A DNA stretch of 11,025 bases from Candidatus Thorarchaeota archaeon (GTDB taxonomy: Archaea > Asgardarchaeota > Thorarchaeia > Thorarchaeales > Thorarchaeaceae). Each line of letters opens with the position of its first letter. Position 1 is the stretch's first letter. Where the stretch lies: positions 1 through 11,025 of the forward strand of contig JBHLRP010000079.1 of the NCBI GenBank assembly GCA_048882485.1, read 5' to 3'. The notes below the pieces were generated by a model. That model searched no databases. It had not been told where the DNA came from and saw only the letters and a list, made by a program, of their open reading frames with translations. Position numbers and translations under genes: made by a program. Below, piece after piece: positions 8,442-11,025 of the stretch.

Positions 8442-8448
8442 TTTCAAA

Positions 8449-9513
8449 ATGGGCTCAAGGGCTGCGAATGAATACGGCTACATCAATGCAAGAATCAGAG
8501 GTATGAAGTCTCGATTTCTGACAGTAGGCGACTACGAACGACTTCTGCAGTCTGCAAGCTATGAGGACTTCATGAGGAATCTGGGTGGGACCTATTATGG
8601 GCCCATAATTAATGCAGAGTTTCCACGAGAGGTTCCTGACCCCGCTGACCTTGGATTAGTACTCTCCAAGGATTTCGCAGATATTAGCTATAGGCTCATT
8701 AGGTCACTCACTGGTCGTGTACGCGACTTTACTGAAACCTATCTCAATATGTTCCTAGCAGAGAGCGTCAAATCGATCCTCCGTGGACTTCATGTAGAGC
8801 TTGAACGTGACGAGATATTGAGATTTCTTGTGCCGACTTCTCCAGAACAGGCAAGCGAGTTCGAACAGATAGTTGATTCCGGCTCAGTCAAGAAAGCTAT
8901 TGACATCTTGCCCTACTGGGATGTCAAAATTGCCCTTCTTACGAAGCTTCCTACTTACGAGGAGTATGAATCTACAGCTCCTCTTGAGGTTGCAGTTGAG
9001 GAATGGTATCTTCGAACCGTCATGGACGCTCTAAAAGAATTCTCCAATGAGGATCAGAGTCGCGTTTTGGACGTTCTTGAGGCAAGAGTTGACCTCAGAA
9101 ACATCTTGACAATGATCAGAGCACTTGTTCTGCAGCTAGAGTCAAGGGTCATTGAAATGTCTCTTATACGGTTCACTAGGAAGTCGCAGGCCATAGTTGA
9201 GCTCATCAAAGTTTGCTCGACTTGGCATGAAATCTTCAACAAGATAGGTTCGACTAGATATGGTCAGCTTGCGGGAAGGCTGGCAAGGATCTACGAAGAA
9301 ACAAATGATCTCTCGGAGGTCGAGCTGGCAATCGAAGACTACATTGCAAAACGGGTGAAGCTCCAACTCACAGCTTTTCCATTCCACATTGGAACAGTGT
9401 TAGGATTCTTCAATCTCAAGTACTATGAGATTAGGAATATCCGATCCATTGCGGTAGGTATCGAAAGGGGTGAGGCCCCAGAAAATATCAGACGAATGAT
9501 TACAATATGGTGA
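8449..9513 (+). CDS. atpC: A1Ao/V-type ATP synthase subunit C (AC39 family, homolog of eukaryotic V0 subunit d)
   Basis: N-terminal YGYINARIRGMKSRFL...YERLL, VDLRNI.T.IRA, C-terminal PF.IG.VLGF..LK.YEIRNIR.IA.GIE; 354 aa from ATG 8449. Confidence 0.93.
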   Translation: MGSRAANEYGYINARIRGMKSRFLTVGDYERLLQSASYEDFMRNLGGTYYGPIINAEFPREVPDPADLGLVLSKDFADISYRLIRSLTGRVRDFTETYLNMFLAESVKSILRGLHVELERDEILRFLVPTSPEQASEFEQIVDSGSVKKAIDILPYWDVKIALLTKLPTYEEYESTAPLEVAVEEWYLRTVMDALKEFSNEDQSRVLDVLEARVDLRNILTMIRALVLQLESRVIEMSLIRFTRKSQAIVELIKVCSTWHEIFNKIGSTRYGQLAGRLARIYEETNDLSEVELAIEDYIAKRVKLQLTAFPFHIGTVLGFFNLKYYEIRNIRSIAVGIERGEAPENIRRMITIW

Positions 9514-9597
9514 CCGGAGGGCAACATTTAGAAAGAGGAGAATTACCCGAAAACGTCAGAGAATGATTACAATTTGGCAACTGGAGGACAACATTCA
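9463..9597 (+). repeat. Diverged tandem direct repeat (68 bp + 67 bp) of the atpC 3' end and downstream RBS
   Basis: Copy 1 (9463-9530) gaaaggggtgaggccccagaaaatatcagacgaatgattacaatatggtgaccggagggcaacattta; copy 2 (9531-9597) gaaagaggagaattacccgaaaacgtcaga-gaatgattacaatttggcaactggaggacaacattca. Hand alignment gives 52/68 identical with one 1-nt gap. Confidence 0.9.
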
Positions 9598-9987
9598 GTG
9601 AAAATCAATACATGGAATACCAACATATTGATGCTAGGATTGGGAGCAGTTGTATGCGCCATCTTTGCAGCAGCGTTCTATGCACCTACCCCTGTCAAGG
9701 CACTTGGTGTGCCAGGTTCTGGATTTGTGCCACTGCAAACCACTGAGGGTGCTGGTTTGGCCATTCTTGGTCTTGCAATCGGTGCAGGTCTTGCTATTGG
9801 CCTTGCGGGTATTGGCGCTTCCCTGGGTATGGGCACTGCATCTGCAGCAGCATTAGGCGCAATCACAGAGAAGCCAGAAACCTTTGGCAAGAGCATTCTC
9901 TATGTCGTGCTCATTGAGGCTGTTGCTATCTACGGTTTCGTCATTGCGTTTCTACTCATTGGGTCGATTTCGGGCCTCATTGGTTAA
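9598..9987 (+). CDS. atpK: A1Ao/V-type ATP synthase subunit K/c (single-hairpin proteolipid with N-terminal hydrophobic extension)
   Basis: GAGLAIGLAGIGASLGMG glycine stripe, EKPE loop, essential Glu in LIEAVAIYG. Start likely GTG 9598 with GGAGGA at 9583-9588; ORF track starts at TTG 9574. Confidence 0.93.
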   Translation: MKINTWNTNILMLGLGAVVCAIFAAAFYAPTPVKALGVPGSGFVPLQTTEGAGLAILGLAIGAGLAIGLAGIGASLGMGTASAAALGAITEKPETFGKSILYVVLIEAVAIYGFVIAFLLIGSISGLIG

Positions 9988-10036
9988 AAAAACAACTCTA
10001 GTAGAGGATGGATGGGAGTAACCCATTTCCTCTACT
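9986..10036. terminator. Putative bidirectional terminator between convergent atpK and atpE
   Basis: AGTAGAGGA (10000-10008) pairs perfectly with TCCTCTACT (10028-10036), with an inner GATGGG/CCCATT stem. A7 at 9986-9992 forms a U-tract on the minus strand. Confidence 0.55.
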
Positions 10037-10658
10037 CAGATCCCTTCTTTGGAAAGAGGGCGGATGCTACTCGATCCCTCAATGAGTCATCAAACCGTTC
10101 TTTTCTGGCGTCGTATGTATTATCTACTGATTTTGTGCTATCTTTGGTTCGAACAATCACTCCGCCAGTGGCTCTGATGGTGTCCTTTGAAATGCTCACG
10201 TTTGTCTTGACGCCTGTTTCTTTCGAGATTGTCTTTGCGAGCTCATCCACACCGAGGCTGACCTTTTGTCCTACAGGTAGGACTAGCTCAATGTCTGGCT
10301 CCTGAAGAGAGCCAGCACCATCGACAGCTAGGTTGAAGACAGTCTTGTCGTATTTCTTTTCGAGAACACTCTTCTGAAGGTTGTCCCACGCAGCTTCGAA
10401 AACCTCGTTCATGATTGCCTCTTTGCGTTCAAGAAGGCGGTATTTTGCCTGGAGCTTGGCACTAGCGTGGTACTTGGCAACTTCTGCATCAGTTTCGCGC
10501 TCAGCTCTTCCTGCAATCTCCTCAGTGATTTTCTTGGCACGATTCCTCGCCTTCTCAAGGCGTTGCTTCTTGAATTCCTCGGCCTCAGCGATGATTCTGT
10601 CGCACTCATTCTTGGTTTTGGAATTGATTATCTTGATGATGTTGTTGACTCCTTCCAT
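10032..10658 (-). CDS. atpE: A1Ao/V-type ATP synthase subunit E (peripheral stalk)
   Basis: MEGVNNII..I...coiled coil, then GGVIV......VDNTYDAR.E...R..VA..LF; 208 aa from ATG 10658, RBS GGAGG within the end of the upstream gene. Confidence 0.92.
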   Translation of the reverse strand: MEGVNNIIKIINSKTKNECDRIIAEAEEFKKQRLEKARNRAKKITEEIAGRAERETDAEVAKYHASAKLQAKYRLLERKEAIMNEVFEAAWDNLQKSVLEKKYDKTVFNLAVDGAGSLQEPDIELVLPVGQKVSLGVDELAKTISKETGVKTNVSISKDTIRATGGVIVRTKDSTKSVDNTYDARKERFDDSLRDRVASALFPKKGSE

Positions 10659-10662
10659 GTTA

Positions 10663-10986
10663 TCATTCCTCCCCCGTAACCACCTTATAGACAATGTCAA
10701 CGGCTTTCTTAACTTGGCCACGAGCTGAGTCCTCAATCTCTGAAATCTGCTTCTCAGTTTCTTTCTGGACCTTCTGTTCAATCTCCAATCTTCTGGCCTG
10801 GAGTCCATCTCTCGAACGCTGAGCAGCTATCTTCGCCTCCTTCTCTGCGTTCTCAATTATCTCCTTCGCTTCTTTCTCCGCGTTCTCTCGAATCTTTTTC
10901 GCGCGGGCTTCTGCTTCTTTCAGCTGCTTGTTCGCAGCTTCTTCAGCCTCATGGATTTGGTCAATCTCTTCGTGAGCAGCACTCAT
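10663..10986 (-). CDS. atpH: A1Ao ATP synthase subunit H (homolog of V-ATPase subunit G)
   Basis: About 107 aa E/K/A-rich coiled coil (I..I.EAE..A...EA...A..I...A..EA), C-terminal KAVDIVYKVV, directly upstream of atpE. ATG 10986 is preceded by GGTGAGG. Confidence 0.85.
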   Translation of the reverse strand: MSAAHEEIDQIHEAEEAANKQLKEAEARAKKIRENAEKEAKEIIENAEKEAKIAAQRSRDGLQARRLEIEQKVQKETEKQISEIEDSARGQVKKAVDIVYKVVTGEE

Positions 10987-11025
10987 TACTGCATTCCTCA
11001 CCTTTAGCAGGGTGTCGTTTTCACT

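Noticed and set aside
8308-8448. Overlapping N-terminal extensions of atpC and the 4-TM gene
   Set aside because: These come from upstream TTG starts; the region is better explained as a divergent promoter.
9511-9531. Selenocysteine or other stop readthrough fusing AtpC to the second repeat copy or AtpK
   Set aside because: An in-frame TAG follows five codons after the TGA, the protein is already complete, and no SECIS-like element was recognised.
9463-9597. atpC 3' repeat as a DGR variable/template repeat pair
   Set aside because: Mismatches are not adenine-specific (only 6 of 15 have A in copy 2), there is an indel, no reverse transcriptase is in the window, and the target is a housekeeping gene.
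9463-9597. Repeat as a CRISPR array or att sites
   Set aside because: Only two abutting copies, with no spacer or cargo between them and no cas or integrase gene.
10659-10808. 50-aa basic N-terminal extension of AtpE overlapping atpH
   Set aside because: It is an alternative-frame reading of atpH; ATG 10658 has an RBS and matches typical subunit E N-termini.

Overview
Gene-dense archaeal chromosomal segment. The A1Ao/V-type ATPase subunits and GGTG/GGAGG ribosome-binding sites indicate an archaeon; an Asgard/Thorarchaeia-like origin is my impression, not proven. Left to right: 5'-truncated UPF0182 protein with an extra C-terminal beta domain (+), NAD-dependent sugar epimerase (-), GIY-YIG nuclease (+), FGGY kinase with glycerol-kinase-type substrate motifs (+), LarA-family racemase/epimerase with variant active-site residues (-), small 2-TM AtpZ/AtpI-like protein (+), flavin reductase and nitroreductase operon (-) preceded by a twin palindromic operator, 4-TM hypothetical protein (-), then a split, convergent ATPase cluster (atpC-atpK on +, atpH-atpE on -) separated by a hairpin. 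Best leads: (1) the broken ATPase operon flanked by possible c-ring assembly factors; (2) a diverged ~68-bp tandem copy of the atpC 3' end plus RBS just before atpK; (3) twin TATTGG-N4-CCAATA boxes over the nitroreductase promoter; (4) a possible RBS-sequestering pseudoknot upstream of the kinase. All family calls are by motif recognition; no searches were run.
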